Assembly (NCBI GenBank): GCA_964512915.1
Contig: CAZEKJ010000002.1
Span: 152,977 to 216,976, forward strand
Source: an uncultured Porphyromonadaceae bacterium
GTDB lineage: Bacteria > Bacteroidota > Bacteroidia > Bacteroidales > UBA12481
DNA: 64,000 bases
Reading direction: 5' to 3'
Position 1 is the first letter of the stretch. Each line of letters opens with the position of its first letter. Shown here in pieces: positions 17,681 to 26,850 of the stretch. The notes under the pieces are model-generated. The model was given only the letters and a program-made list of their open reading frames with translations. It did no database searches and was not told the origin of the DNA. The position numbers were made by a program, and so were the translations under genes.

Positions 17681-18827
17681 ATGGAAATTCAACGATATCC
17701 ATTTGACCTGGGGGAACTGCTGATCCAGCATCGGGACTACTTCAAAACCACTTATCGGCTTAGTCCCGGCCAATAGAAAGTGTTTGCAGATCTGACCCGT
17801 TGCCGGACTTCAGCGCTGAGCGGACATCAGGATGAATGCGATCAATGTGGACACCAGTAGCATTCCAACAACTCCAGACGGAACCGCGACTGCCCCAAAT
17901 GTCAGTATGTAAAACAAGTGGAATGGATCGACCGGCTGAAGCACAACTTACCACCAACCCGGTATTTTCATTTGGTGTTTACCATTCCTCAGGAACTTCA
18001 CCGGAACTTCTATATCAACCAAAAGGTTTGCTATGATCTGCTCTTCCGGTCAGCCACCCTGGCCATCCAGCATGCTGCAAAAGGGCGTTCCGGATTAGGG
18101 GCCACCGTTGGCGGAGTATCCGTGCTCCACACCTGGGGCCAGGCACTCACTTATCATCCGCATATTCACCTGATCATTCCGGCAGGAGGTCCATCGGAAG
18201 ACCGGATGGAATGTGTGGCTTCGCCTAAAAAGTTCTTCCTTCCGGTTAAGGTACTGAGTCGGATTTTCCGTGGTATTTTATCCAAGAATCTGGAAGAAGT
18301 CATCCATATGGGGGATGTTTTTCTTCCCGTTTATTTTTTCTGGAAGGAGTTTAAAGACAAGTTATATCAGAAAAACTTGAATGTGTATGCCAAATCGCTT
18401 CTCTCCGGACCGGACAGGGTGATTGAATATCTCGGAAGATACACGCACCGGGTAGCCATCTCCAGCAGCTGGATTCTGGGTGTGGAGAATGATCAGATTA
18501 CCTTCAAAATAAAAGATTATGGTACTGACAATTTCACATCAACCAGGACGCTACCGGTGGTTGAGTTTATCCGCCGGTTTTTTCAGCACGTGCTTGCCTG
18601 GCGGATTTTATAAAATCCGGTACTTCGGATTTTTGTCGCTTTCCCAGTCAAAGGAATTTGTCGGCCTGGTATTCGAACTGCTGGAAAAGAGCCCGTTTCT
18701 TCAACTGTTTGTTAGTTTAAATGGAATGGAAATCTACTAGGAAATCAGCGGGAAACGGCAGAGGCTTTGTCCGGTTTGCCAGTCCAGCATTATGCATCCG
18801 TATCATTACAACTTCTCTTCCGATTGA
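17681..18827 (+). pseudogene. IS91-family (HUH/Y2) transposase, multiple stops and frameshifts
   Basis: HLVFTIPQELH...VSVLHTWGQALTYHPHIHLIIPAGG...YLGRYTHRVAIS are present, with in-frame stops in the N-terminal zinc-binding part (CDQCGHQ then stop) and a frame change near 18600. Confidence 0.75.
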
Positions 18828-19070
18828 CTAACCTCAGACGACTGAGTTCTTTGCCATATCTGATCATCAAACGGCATTTGGCGTAACGGGAGAGATATAT
18901 CCCAATCAAATGAATTTCTTGATGTTTATACCCGACATCCAGCACATTTTCATCATACCGACCCCTTCACTGGCCGGATCTGGCCATTGCTAAAGCAAAC
19001 AGAAAAATACTAAGCCCGTAAGCGTAGGCGGCTCAGTCCAACTCCGTCTTATCCGACATAAAACCCCTTT

Positions 19071-19157
19071 TCGTACCAAATTGTAGCTACTATCCTTGAG
19101 CAAAGCAAAGAAGTGGCTAACTTTATAAGAATATGATGGATAAAACACTATAGGTTA
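19071..19157 (+). repeat. 87-bp repeat, copy 1 (second copy at 30644-30730)
   Basis: TCGTACCAAATTGTAGCTACTATCCTTGAGCAAAGCAAAGAAGTGGCTAACTTTATAAGAATATGATGGATAAAACACTATAGGTTA is nearly identical to copy 2. It contains the stem TAGC(T/C)ACT...AGTGGCTA and ends in GGTTA just upstream of the cargo gene. Confidence 0.8.
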
Positions 19158-19184
19158 GTGGTAACTTTAAAAAACAGACAACTT

Positions 19185-21362
19185 ATGAATGTTATTGAAA
19201 TCCAACTTCGGAATTGCTTCGGAATAGGGAAGCTTGACCACAAATTCGATTTTGGTCAATTAAATACTGGTTCTTTTCTAATTTATGCGCCAAACGGGAC
19301 CATGAAAACCTCATTTGCGAAGACATTAGACCTCATTTCAAAAAATGACGTCAAAGTAATGCCCAGTGACAGAGTTTATGATAACAGACCTACGACATAT
19401 AGGATTCTTGCAGACGGTATCTCGATTCTCAGTGAGTCGATTTTAGTAGTTAACGCAGAAGATAACACATACGACACTTCAACAAAAATAAGTTCATTTA
19501 TTGCAAGTAAAGACTTAAAGAAAAAGTATGATGAAATATATTCTGAATTAGACAGCAAAAAAGGCGAATATGTAAAGAAACTAAAGCAATTGTCACAAAG
19601 TACAGACTGTGAAACTGAATTTATTAATGTATATAGTCTGTCGCCAAAGGATACCTTTTTCGAACTACTTTTGAGGATTTCAAAGTCTTTATTAACCAAA
19701 CCAGACTCATATAGCTTCCGCTATAATGATATTTTCGATAAAAAGGGGAATGTGAAAAAGTTCCTAGATAAGAATCAGTCACTTTTAAAACAATACATTA
19801 GTAGCTACAATGAACTATTAACTAAGTCAAAGTTCTTCAAGAGTTCAGACAATTCCTTTGGAACTTTCCAAGCAAATGAACTCCTAAAGTCTACTGAGGA
19901 TAATTCATATTTTGATGCAGGGCATAAATTCACTCTAAGTGACAACTTAGAAATTAAGTCAGCCGAAGAACTACAGCTATTAGTCCAAAAGGAAATAACA
20001 ACCATTGTTAATGACGAAAAATTAAAAAAGTCTTTTGACCAAGTTGACAAGTCTATTGGATCAAACATCGAACTCAGGTCATTTAAAAGTGCAATTGAAA
20101 AAGAAAACCTTTTACTCGTCGAGCTAGAAGAATATGAAGATTTTAGAAAAAAAGTATGGTTAAATTATATTTCTACCTTTGCAAAGGAAACGTTAGAACT
20201 CGTTCAATTTTACGAAAGCAAAAAGGCCGAAATAGAGAAGATAATCAAAGAGGCAAAGAAGGAATTTACAATTTGGGAAGAGATCATTAAAACATTCAAC
20301 GAAAGGTTTTTCGTTCCTTTTGATATTAAACTTGTTAATCAAGAGGACGTTGTTCTAAAAGAAGAGACGGCAAATCTTGAATTTGATTATAGAGATCCCA
20401 ACCAAGCACCAGTCAGGAAGGACAAAAACTCTCTCCTTTCAATACTGAGCAAAGGGGAACAACGTGCATTTTACATTCTTCAATTATTATTCGATATTGA
20501 ATCTAGAAACCAACTAAATCAAAGTACTTTATTAATCTTAGATGACATTGCTGATTCTTTTGATTATAAAAACAAATATGCAATTATTGAGTACATAAAA
20601 GAACTGCATCACAATCCAACTTTCAAGCTAATAATACTTACCCACAATTTCGATTTTTATAGGACCGTTGCCTCAAGATTATCATTGAATTGGGATGCAG
20701 CTTATATGGTAGTTAAAAACGACAATAGAGAAATTACATTATTACAAGGTCGATATAGAAAAGACGTATTTACCAATTTTAAACAACATCTTTCTGATCA
20801 AAAAGTGTTTATAAGTATTATCCCATTTGTGAGAAATCTTATTGAATATACTGAGAACAGCGAAAGTGCCAGCTATGAATTACTGACGGCTTGCCTACAT
20901 TTAAAGGCCAACACAAGTACAATTACCTGTGCAAGCATTCTCAATTTAATACATACAAATTTTTCTACTACAAGTGGTCAAAGCATTGCTTTTGGTGCAA
21001 AGCACATAAAAGATTTGATATTCGAAACCGCGGATTCGATTGACCAGGAAAATCCAGTAAATGAAATTTTGCTTGAAAATAAAATAGCATTGTCTATGGC
21101 AATTCGTCTTAAGGCAGAAGAATATATGATGGATAAGATTCCCAATTCTGGCACTTTAGTCATAACGTCAAATCAGACTTCGGAATTGTTAAGGCATTTT
21201 AAAGCTGTGAATTCTGATAAGTCTACATTGACAATTTTAGAACGGGTTAATTTAATGACTCCTGAGAATATTCATGTAAATGCTTTTATGTACGAGCCAT
21301 TAATTGATATTTCAGTTTTCCATTTAGTTGACTTGTATAGAAGAGTAAAACAACTAATATAA
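19185..21362 (+). CDS. ABC-type ATPase of the AAA_13 (RloC/PrrC N-terminal-like) kind with a long coiled-coil insert
   Basis: It has a P-loop IYAPNGTMKTSFAKTL, about 350 residues of Lys/Glu-rich helical insert, an ABC-signature-like LSKGEQRAFYILQL and Walker B LLILDDIADSFD. ATG 19185 is preferred over GTG 19158. No nuclease motif was identified with certainty in the C-terminal third. Confidence 0.7.
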   Translation: MNVIEIQLRNCFGIGKLDHKFDFGQLNTGSFLIYAPNGTMKTSFAKTLDLISKNDVKVMPSDRVYDNRPTTYRILADGISILSESILVVNAEDNTYDTSTKISSFIASKDLKKKYDEIYSELDSKKGEYVKKLKQLSQSTDCETEFINVYSLSPKDTFFELLLRISKSLLTKPDSYSFRYNDIFDKKGNVKKFLDKNQSLLKQYISSYNELLTKSKFFKSSDNSFGTFQANELLKSTEDNSYFDAGHKFTLSDNLEIKSAEELQLLVQKEITTIVNDEKLKKSFDQVDKSIGSNIELRSFKSAIEKENLLLVELEEYEDFRKKVWLNYISTFAKETLELVQFYESKKAEIEKIIKEAKKEFTIWEEIIKTFNERFFVPFDIKLVNQEDVVLKEETANLEFDYRDPNQAPVRKDKNSLLSILSKGEQRAFYILQLLFDIESRNQLNQSTLLILDDIADSFDYKNKYAIIEYIKELHHNPTFKLIILTHNFDFYRTVASRLSLNWDAAYMVVKNDNREITLLQGRYRKDVFTNFKQHLSDQKVFISIIPFVRNLIEYTENSESASYELLTACLHLKANTSTITCASILNLIHTNFSTTSGQSIAFGAKHIKDLIFETADSIDQENPVNEILLENKIALSMAIRLKAEEYMMDKIPNSGTLVITSNQTSELLRHFKAVNSDKSTLTILERVNLMTPENIHVNAFMYEPLIDISVFHLVDLYRRVKQLI

Positions 21363-21638
21363 AGCTACCACTAATAAATAGGACTCTGAGCGGTTTGCAA
21401 AACCCAGCGATGAGTCGGTGTTGAACTACACCCGCCGGGCCAAGAGCTATGTACTTTAAGAGGATTTTTAGTAATTATTGGATTTTAACAGAATAGGCGT
21501 TCTTTGAAGTATTGCAGGTTTTTGTGCTTTTTGAGTGCGTTTACCAAGATTTATCAGTGAGTGGCGAGAAGGGTTTACCTCGAAAACGGATTCTCGAGCA
21601 TAGATCTTCCACTTGCGTTAAAGCGCAATACAGAGCGA

Positions 21639-22814
21639 TTAATTGAAAGCTTCTGGATATTGGCCCGTATATGAGCCATCCGGAGCCCTGATACGAGGTA
21701 GTTCCCGGATTACCACCATTCGTCCGGTTTTGCACACCGGGCATTGGCAAGGATTAACGCCCGTGAGCCTTTCGAAGCGTTGCAGGGCGGTCTCCAAGGG
21801 TTTTTCGCGGTTGATCAAGGTTTCAACATCGGGCTTTTCTTCCGGCATAAACCGCAACTCCAGATGGCGTTTGGTAGTATGATTATAAACGCCATAATAC
21901 CTGATTTTCACAAACCGGGCGGGCAGAATATGCTGGGTAAACCGGCGCAGGAACTCCATTCCATCGAGGGTTACCGGCTTTTTAACCGCTCCGTCCCGAT
22001 AATCTTTAGCTATGAAGGTCACCTTTCCGCCAGCTATGTCCAAAATGCGCTGGTTTGTGATCGCTACCCGGTGCGTGTATTGCCCGAGGTATTTTACCAC
22101 GTGATGGGCACTGGCCAGAGAAGGTTCGCAGTTTACTACCCAACGGGTGTTGTATGCCTGTTGAACCTTGTCGTTGAACAGCGACAGTTCATTTTGCTTT
22201 CGTAAAGCTCGCTTCAGGCTGTCGAGGAATCTGCCCTTAAAGGCATCACTCAGTTGATGGACCGGATACAGATACTTGCCCGAATGGCCGATGTTCTTCC
22301 ATTGTCCATCAAGGGTATATCCGGCAGCCGGAACAATACAGTGGATGTGTGGGTGTAATGAAAGGTTTTGACCCCAGGTGTGCAGCACTGCCACGACCCC
22401 GCTTTCAACACCAAAGTGGGAGTATCCGAAGGCTCTCAGCGTATTCCAGACGGCAACAAACAGCAGGTTGTAGAAAACACTTTGGTTGTGCAGGCAAACG
22501 GCATTCAAATGGTGGGGAACCGTGAACACAACGTGGTAATGCTTCACGGGCAGGGTTTTCTGCATCAGGTCATCGATCCAGAATGCCTGTTTTGCAGCCT
22601 GACATTTGGGGCAGTGCCTGTCGCCACAGCTGTTATAACTGTAGCGCACCGTGCCACAAGAGTCGCACACTTCCTCATGTCCACCAAGAGCTGCGGTACG
22701 GCAGATCGCGATCTTTCGCAGAACCTTTATTTGAATGGGCGTTAGTTTGACGTTGGAAAGCAGATTTGTACCGAAAAGGGTTACCGCATCCGCCAGTTCA
22801 AACCTTGTTCGCAT
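21639..22814 (-). CDS. IS91-family (HUH/Y2) transposase
   Basis: An N-terminal Cys cluster (CDSCGTVRYSYNSCGDRHCPKCQ) is followed by HYHVVFTVPHHLN, AVLHTWGQNLSLHPHIHCIVPAAG and YLGQYTHRVAITNQRI. Confidence 0.9.
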   Translation of the reverse strand: MRTRFELADAVTLFGTNLLSNVKLTPIQIKVLRKIAICRTAALGGHEEVCDSCGTVRYSYNSCGDRHCPKCQAAKQAFWIDDLMQKTLPVKHYHVVFTVPHHLNAVCLHNQSVFYNLLFVAVWNTLRAFGYSHFGVESGVVAVLHTWGQNLSLHPHIHCIVPAAGYTLDGQWKNIGHSGKYLYPVHQLSDAFKGRFLDSLKRALRKQNELSLFNDKVQQAYNTRWVVNCEPSLASAHHVVKYLGQYTHRVAITNQRILDIAGGKVTFIAKDYRDGAVKKPVTLDGMEFLRRFTQHILPARFVKIRYYGVYNHTTKRHLELRFMPEEKPDVETLINREKPLETALQRFERLTGVNPCQCPVCKTGRMVVIRELPRIRAPDGSYTGQYPEAFN

Positions 22815-23715
22815 GCTTGGGATAGTGATAGAGCGTATCCAGCGGGCTGTGAGGTTTAATCAAAGGACACTGGGCTACATGGAGGTAAATCATGGTGGTG
22901 GTTATGTCGGCGTGTCCAAGAAGTTCTTTGAGGGTCACAATGTTAAGCCCTTGTTCCAGCAGATGAGTGGCATAAGAATGCCGGAGTGAATGCAGGCTTA
23001 CTTCCTTTTTGATGGAAGTCTTTTTCAGGTTTTCACGCATGACCCAGGAAAGTCCACGAACGCTGTATCTGCCGTCGGGTTCCTTCCCATTAAATAACCA
23101 GATATGCGGGTTCTCGGCTGCCAGGTATTTTTTCAGCCCAACGGCCATACACTCAGCCAGTGGAACCACCCGATCCTTTTTGTATTTGCTTTGCCGGATG
23201 TGTATCGTCTTCCTTTCAAAATCGATATCGAAGATCTTCAGATTAATGACCTCCTGGCCGCGAAGCCCCGCCGAGTAAATCAGAGCAAGAACGACTCTCT
23301 GTTTCAGTAGAGTCGGGGCTACAAGGAGTTCTTTGAGTTCGCTTTGGTTCAAGATAACCGGCAGTTTGGAGTCCCCTTTTAGCGAAGGCAGGGCGATTGC
23401 ATTTTTGTTCATTCCCAGCAGCCGGTAATAATAACGAAGTCCGTAAACCATGTGTTTAAAACTACTTCGTGAGGGAGACTTCGGATCCCGGGCCAGGGAA
23501 ACAAGGTACTCGTTGATTTCTTCCGGATCAATCTGTTCGGGAAGCTTTCCGAAATGGACCACAAACAAGGCAATTCTCCGGATGTAATTTTTCAGTGTAC
23601 TCACACTCTGTCCGCGTAGCGTAACCTGTTGTTCCAGCTTACGAACGACCTTTTCAAACTCAGGAACTAGCACAATGGCCTGCTCAACAATAGTAAAACC
23701 CGATTTCTTTCTCAT
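22798..23715 (-). CDS. tyrosine recombinase (XerC/D-like), partner of the IS91-like transposase
   Basis: It has an N-terminal SAM-like domain, then ALIYSAGLRGQEVINL (Arg I), HSLRHSYATHLLEQG (HxxR) and LLGHADITTTMIYLHV (catalytic Tyr). Its 3' end overlaps the transposase start by 17 nt. Confidence 0.85.
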   Translation of the reverse strand: MRKKSGFTIVEQAIVLVPEFEKVVRKLEQQVTLRGQSVSTLKNYIRRIALFVVHFGKLPEQIDPEEINEYLVSLARDPKSPSRSSFKHMVYGLRYYYRLLGMNKNAIALPSLKGDSKLPVILNQSELKELLVAPTLLKQRVVLALIYSAGLRGQEVINLKIFDIDFERKTIHIRQSKYKKDRVVPLAECMAVGLKKYLAAENPHIWLFNGKEPDGRYSVRGLSWVMRENLKKTSIKKEVSLHSLRHSYATHLLEQGLNIVTLKELLGHADITTTMIYLHVAQCPLIKPHSPLDTLYHYPKHANKV

Positions 23716-23923
23716 AATCAGAAATTTAATGGTTAATATTTCCGAAGTTGAGAAAGAATCGGGTACTTTTCTTAAGCTATCCGCGTAGGCGGATTTAGTT
23801 CAACATGCCTGTAAATGCAATAAAACCAGCGTCAAATCTTCGATTCAGCTACCGACCTTTGCAGCATTTACAGGTCAAGAGTTAGCGGTAAAGTTGAAAA
23901 CAAAATAACTAAACTAAGTAATA

Positions 23924-26239
23924 ATGAAACCAGACCAAATTGCCCTTGAAAGAACTCTTGCAGCTGAAAGAAATGGGAGCATGCTTTTGGATTTATATGG
24001 CCTTGGAATTAATAGAATTCCAAAAGAAATTGGCAAATGTTATAAATTGAAGATTATTAGAGCCTGGAGTAATAACATAACCACCCTACCTAAAGAAATT
24101 GAAAATTTAACTCAACTTGAAACATTATATTTATCTGGTAATGAGATAGAATATTTATCAAAAGAAATAGGTGACTTGACCAATTTGAGAGAATTATATT
24201 TAGGAGGAAACCAACTAAAAGCAATTCCTATCGAATTAACTTTGTTGAAAAGACTAAAAAAGCTAATACTATCGGGCAATCAAATAACTGAACTACCAAT
24301 TGAATTTATAAATCTGAAATTAGAATATTTTGATTTAAGTAAAAACCCATTGATTAAACCACCGATTGAGATTGCCAATAAAAGCATGTCTTCAATTAAA
24401 AATTATTTTGTTTCAATTTCAAACGCAGAAGAACTTTACAATTTGCGAGAAGCAAAATTGTTAATTGTTGGTGAGGGAAATGTCGGAAAAACTTGTTTGA
24501 TGGAAAAACTTATAGACTCGACATTTAAGATTAATGAGAATATGCCTACAACAGAAGGGATTGATATTAAAAGATGGACTTTGCCAATAAATTCAAATTC
24601 ATCTGTAGACATTAATATATGGGATTTTGGAGGACAAGAAATATATCATTCGACCCATCAATTTTTTTTAACAAAGAGGTCAATATACCTATTTCTATGG
24701 ACAGCAAGGACAGATGATGATAGCAGTGGAAGGTTTGAATATTGGTTAAATGCAATTAAACTATTAAGTGATGAATCACCACTAATAATTGTGCAAAATA
24801 AAATTGATGAAAGAATCAAACTTATTGATGAAAAAACAATAAAAAATCAATATCCTAATGTTGTTGGTTTTGTAAACATAAGTGTGAAAACGGAGGATGG
24901 TTTGGATCAACTAATGAATGTCATTAAATTTGAATTATCCAGACTTCCACACTTAGGAGATGTTCTTCCAAAAGCATGGATTGAATTAAGACAAGAGCTT
25001 GAACATTTGAATCTGAATTATATTAGCTACAACCAATATTTAGCAATATGTAAAAGGTATTCTTTAACCGAAATACAAGCAGGATTCTTAGCTCGATACT
25101 TTCATGATCTTGGCGTATTTTTGCATTTTCATGAAAATTCAATTTTAAAATCTACAGTTTTTCTGAAACCTCAGTGGGCTACAAATGCTGTTTATAAAAT
25201 CATTGACACCAGGGATGTTCAATTGAATAATGGCAAATTTAGTTTCAGTGAGCTTAGTACTATTTGGTTTGATTATCCTTTCCAAAAGTTTTTTCACTTA
25301 CTTGAATTAATGAAAAAATTTGAACTTTGCTTTCAGATTGTAAATTCTCAAGAATACATTGTTCCTAATCTATTACCACCAATACAACCCAATTACGATT
25401 GGGATAAAAAAATTAACTTAAAACTTGAATATCATTACGAATTTATGCCTGCAGGAATTATTTCAAGATTTATTGTTAGGAACAGCGACTTAATTAAAGA
25501 AAATCTTTATTGGAAAAATGGGGTAGTTATTAGATATGAAAATGTTGAAGCTGAAATAGTATCTCACCAATTTGAGAAAAAATTAAAAATTAGTATAAAA
25601 GGAATAAACAAAAAAGGCTTGTTAAGTATAATTAGAAGAGAATTGGAAAATATTCATAAAACTCAGAATTATCCGGATGTAACCGAAATGATTCCCTGTA
25701 ATTGCAATGAATGCAAATCTTCAGATAGTCCATTTTTTCATTCTCATGACAACTTAATTAATGCAAAAAGAAAGAAAAAATTCAAAGTGCAATGTCAGAA
25801 TAGTTTTGACGATGTTGATATAGACAAATTACTTGATGGTGTTGGATCTCTGCCAAAATCTATTTTGTCAGGAATCGTAAACATTTACGGAAATAATAAT
25901 GAAATACATTTTGGCAACACCGAAATACAGAATCAAAGAGTTTACCGAGGAAACGAACAACTAGTGGAACTAATTATTAATTCTGTAGATAATAATATTT
26001 CAAGTGAAGATAAAGCATTAGTTCAGTTGATTTTAAATAATACAAAAACTGATAACGAGAAGGAATTACTTTTATCTAGCTTAAGTACCATTAAATCCGG
26101 TATAGAGCCAAAAAGAAAGAAAAATGAAGCCGCCAGCATATTGAGAAATTTTTTAAATACGACAGTCCTAGAAGCAGGCAAACATATTGTTAAAGAACTG
26201 ATTTCTAATGGAGCAGACTATCTTCAAACAATATTGTAA
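23924..26239 (+). CDS. LRR - Roc GTPase - COR (ROCO-type) protein with a Cys-rich insert and an unassigned C-terminal tail
   Basis: At least five LRR units are present (LxxLxLxxNxLxxLPxEI). Roc motifs are G1 GEGNVGKT, G3 WDFGGQE and G4 VQNKID. A COR-like region follows (WIELRQEL...FHDLGVFLHF...YIVPNLLP), then IPCNCNECKSSD and about 150 residues without a recognised motif. Confidence 0.8.
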   Translation: MKPDQIALERTLAAERNGSMLLDLYGLGINRIPKEIGKCYKLKIIRAWSNNITTLPKEIENLTQLETLYLSGNEIEYLSKEIGDLTNLRELYLGGNQLKAIPIELTLLKRLKKLILSGNQITELPIEFINLKLEYFDLSKNPLIKPPIEIANKSMSSIKNYFVSISNAEELYNLREAKLLIVGEGNVGKTCLMEKLIDSTFKINENMPTTEGIDIKRWTLPINSNSSVDINIWDFGGQEIYHSTHQFFLTKRSIYLFLWTARTDDDSSGRFEYWLNAIKLLSDESPLIIVQNKIDERIKLIDEKTIKNQYPNVVGFVNISVKTEDGLDQLMNVIKFELSRLPHLGDVLPKAWIELRQELEHLNLNYISYNQYLAICKRYSLTEIQAGFLARYFHDLGVFLHFHENSILKSTVFLKPQWATNAVYKIIDTRDVQLNNGKFSFSELSTIWFDYPFQKFFHLLELMKKFELCFQIVNSQEYIVPNLLPPIQPNYDWDKKINLKLEYHYEFMPAGIISRFIVRNSDLIKENLYWKNGVVIRYENVEAEIVSHQFEKKLKISIKGINKKGLLSIIRRELENIHKTQNYPDVTEMIPCNCNECKSSDSPFFHSHDNLINAKRKKKFKVQCQNSFDDVDIDKLLDGVGSLPKSILSGIVNIYGNNNEIHFGNTEIQNQRVYRGNEQLVELIINSVDNNISSEDKALVQLILNNTKTDNEKELLLSSLSTIKSGIEPKRKKNEAASILRNFLNTTVLEAGKHIVKELISNGADYLQTIL

Positions 26240-26245
26240 AACTCT

Positions 26246-26384
26246 GCCGCTAATAAACGCAGTACATTTTTCTGAGCGGGGTCGATGGTGCGCTATCCGC
26301 GGATTCTCGCATCGCCATTCAGTCCTCGCGGAAATGAACACTCTACATAATCCGCTCCGCAACATACACCTAACGTTAACAGCC
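26246..26384 (+). repeat. GC-richer imperfect palindrome between cassettes (attC-like, weak)
   Basis: The outer boxes GCCGCTAATAAAC ... GTTAACAGCC are partly complementary. The inner arms CTGAGCGG ... CCGCTC pair. It directly follows the ROCO stop codon. Confidence 0.3.
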
Positions 26385-26403
26385 ATTTTAATGCGACAAA
26401 GAG

Positions 26404-26850
26404 ATGATAAACATCTTCATTGAAAATTTACCATATAGACTTAGTGAACAAATAATCATTGAGTATAATAAAAGAATAAGTGACGTGAATTACTTTGTAT
26501 CGGGTAAGTATGATTACTATTCACACTTAAAGAAGGACATTGAAAGCATACAAATGTTGCTAGCTCTTTCTATTTTTTACAAAAGAGTATTGACAAACTT
26601 TGATTCCGCAACGAAATTTAGCTCAAGAGTAGTATTAAATAGTGAAGCAGAATCAATTCAACTCGGGACTTATGAGCTTACCCCAAAAGAGTTATTTAAA
26701 CTAAATAAGACTGTAATAGCTTTCAGAAAGCTTCTTGACCACTATTCAATTCCCATTGGACTTTTTGAATATTTAGAAACCAAAGAGTTTTTAAGAAAAG
26801 TAAAAATTTACAAAGACAGTTTGGAGCGTAATAAAGACAAAAATGGCTAA
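26404..26850 (+). CDS. hypothetical protein (148 aa)
   Basis: This is a clean AT-rich ORF with no motif recognised. Its stop overlaps the next gene's start by 8 nt, which suggests a two-gene unit. Confidence 0.5.
   Translation: MINIFIENLPYRLSEQIIIEYNKRISDVNYFVSGKYDYYSHLKKDIESIQMLLALSIFYKRVLTNFDSATKFSSRVVLNSEAESIQLGTYELTPKELFKLNKTVIAFRKLLDHYSIPIGLFEYLETKEFLRKVKIYKDSLERNKDKNG

Larger units (their letters stand above)
16900..19042 (+). mobile_element. decayed copy of the tyrosine-recombinase + IS91-like unit
   Basis: A recombinase remnant and a transposase pseudogene lie in the same order as in the intact unit at 21420-23804, but inverted. The terminus GCGTAGGCGGCTCAGTCCAAC (19022-19042) matches GCGTAGGCGGATTTAGTTCAAC of the intact copy. 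The left boundary was not determined. Confidence 0.5.
21420..23804 (-). mobile_element. tyrosine recombinase + IS91-like transposase unit with 17-bp terminal inverted repeats
   Basis: GTTGAACTACACCCGCC (21420-21436) and GGCGGATTTAGTTCAAC (23788-23804) are inverted complements with two mismatches. They enclose the two overlapping genes. Confidence 0.7.

Noticed and set aside
22798-23715. The tyrosine recombinase as an integron integrase (IntI) for the putative cassette array
   Set aside because: It overlaps and is co-oriented with an IS91-like transposase inside a unit with its own terminal inverted repeats, and a decayed second copy exists. It is XerC/D-sized, and the spacing between the Arg box and the HxxR box leaves no room for the extra IntI-specific insertion. 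It also interrupts one of the palindromes rather than heading the array.
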